Assembly: GCA_963707985.1 (NCBI GenBank)
Contig: CAVPRW010000002.1
Coordinates: 32,001-96,000, forward strand
DNA from: an uncultured Nitrospinota bacterium
Lineage (GTDB): Bacteria; Tectomicrobia; Entotheonellia; J063; CAVPRW01
Reading direction: 5' to 3'
DNA length: 64,000 nt
The first letter of the stretch is position 1. Each line of letters starts with the position of its first letter. The translations under genes and the position numbers were made by a program. This document shows positions 63,999-64,000 of this stretch, one piece after another. The notes under the pieces were generated by a model. That model saw only the letters and a program-made list of their open reading frames with translations. It was not told the DNA's origin and did not search any database.

Positions 63999-64000
63999 GC

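Overview
GC-rich bacterial chromosomal window. The expanded Tat-signal solute-binding proteins and 'MTFEEILDQ'-type cyclase/AAA/TPR proteins suggest a Tectomicrobia/Entotheonella-like lineage (inference only). It contains: (i) about 12 ABC solute-binding protein (SBP) genes or remnants (family 5 and family 1) for only two permease sets; (ii) two disrupted class III cyclase-AAA-TPR genes, the first next to a 2OG-Fe(II) oxygenase and an MNT-HEPN pair and bracketed by 5' and 3' stubs of another cyclase gene, with a 154-bp MITE in the 5' stub; (iii) a two-gene operon encoding a lipase-CHAT (caspase-like) fusion and an 81-aa partner; (iv) a stress-gene patch with divergent sigma54-type promoters; (v) a five-gene cluster of an Fe-S-motif Old Yellow Enzyme, two membrane-anchored di-heme RoxA/FadCCP-like cytochromes c and two small membrane proteins, convergent with a NarL-type two-component system; (vi) the start of a DISARM-I/ARMADA-like defence operon (SNF2 helicase, then a large putative methyltransferase) that runs off the right edge. 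Many single-base frameshifts may be assembly errors, but in-frame stops and large internal deletions point to real gene decay. No rRNA, tRNA or CRISPR array was seen.
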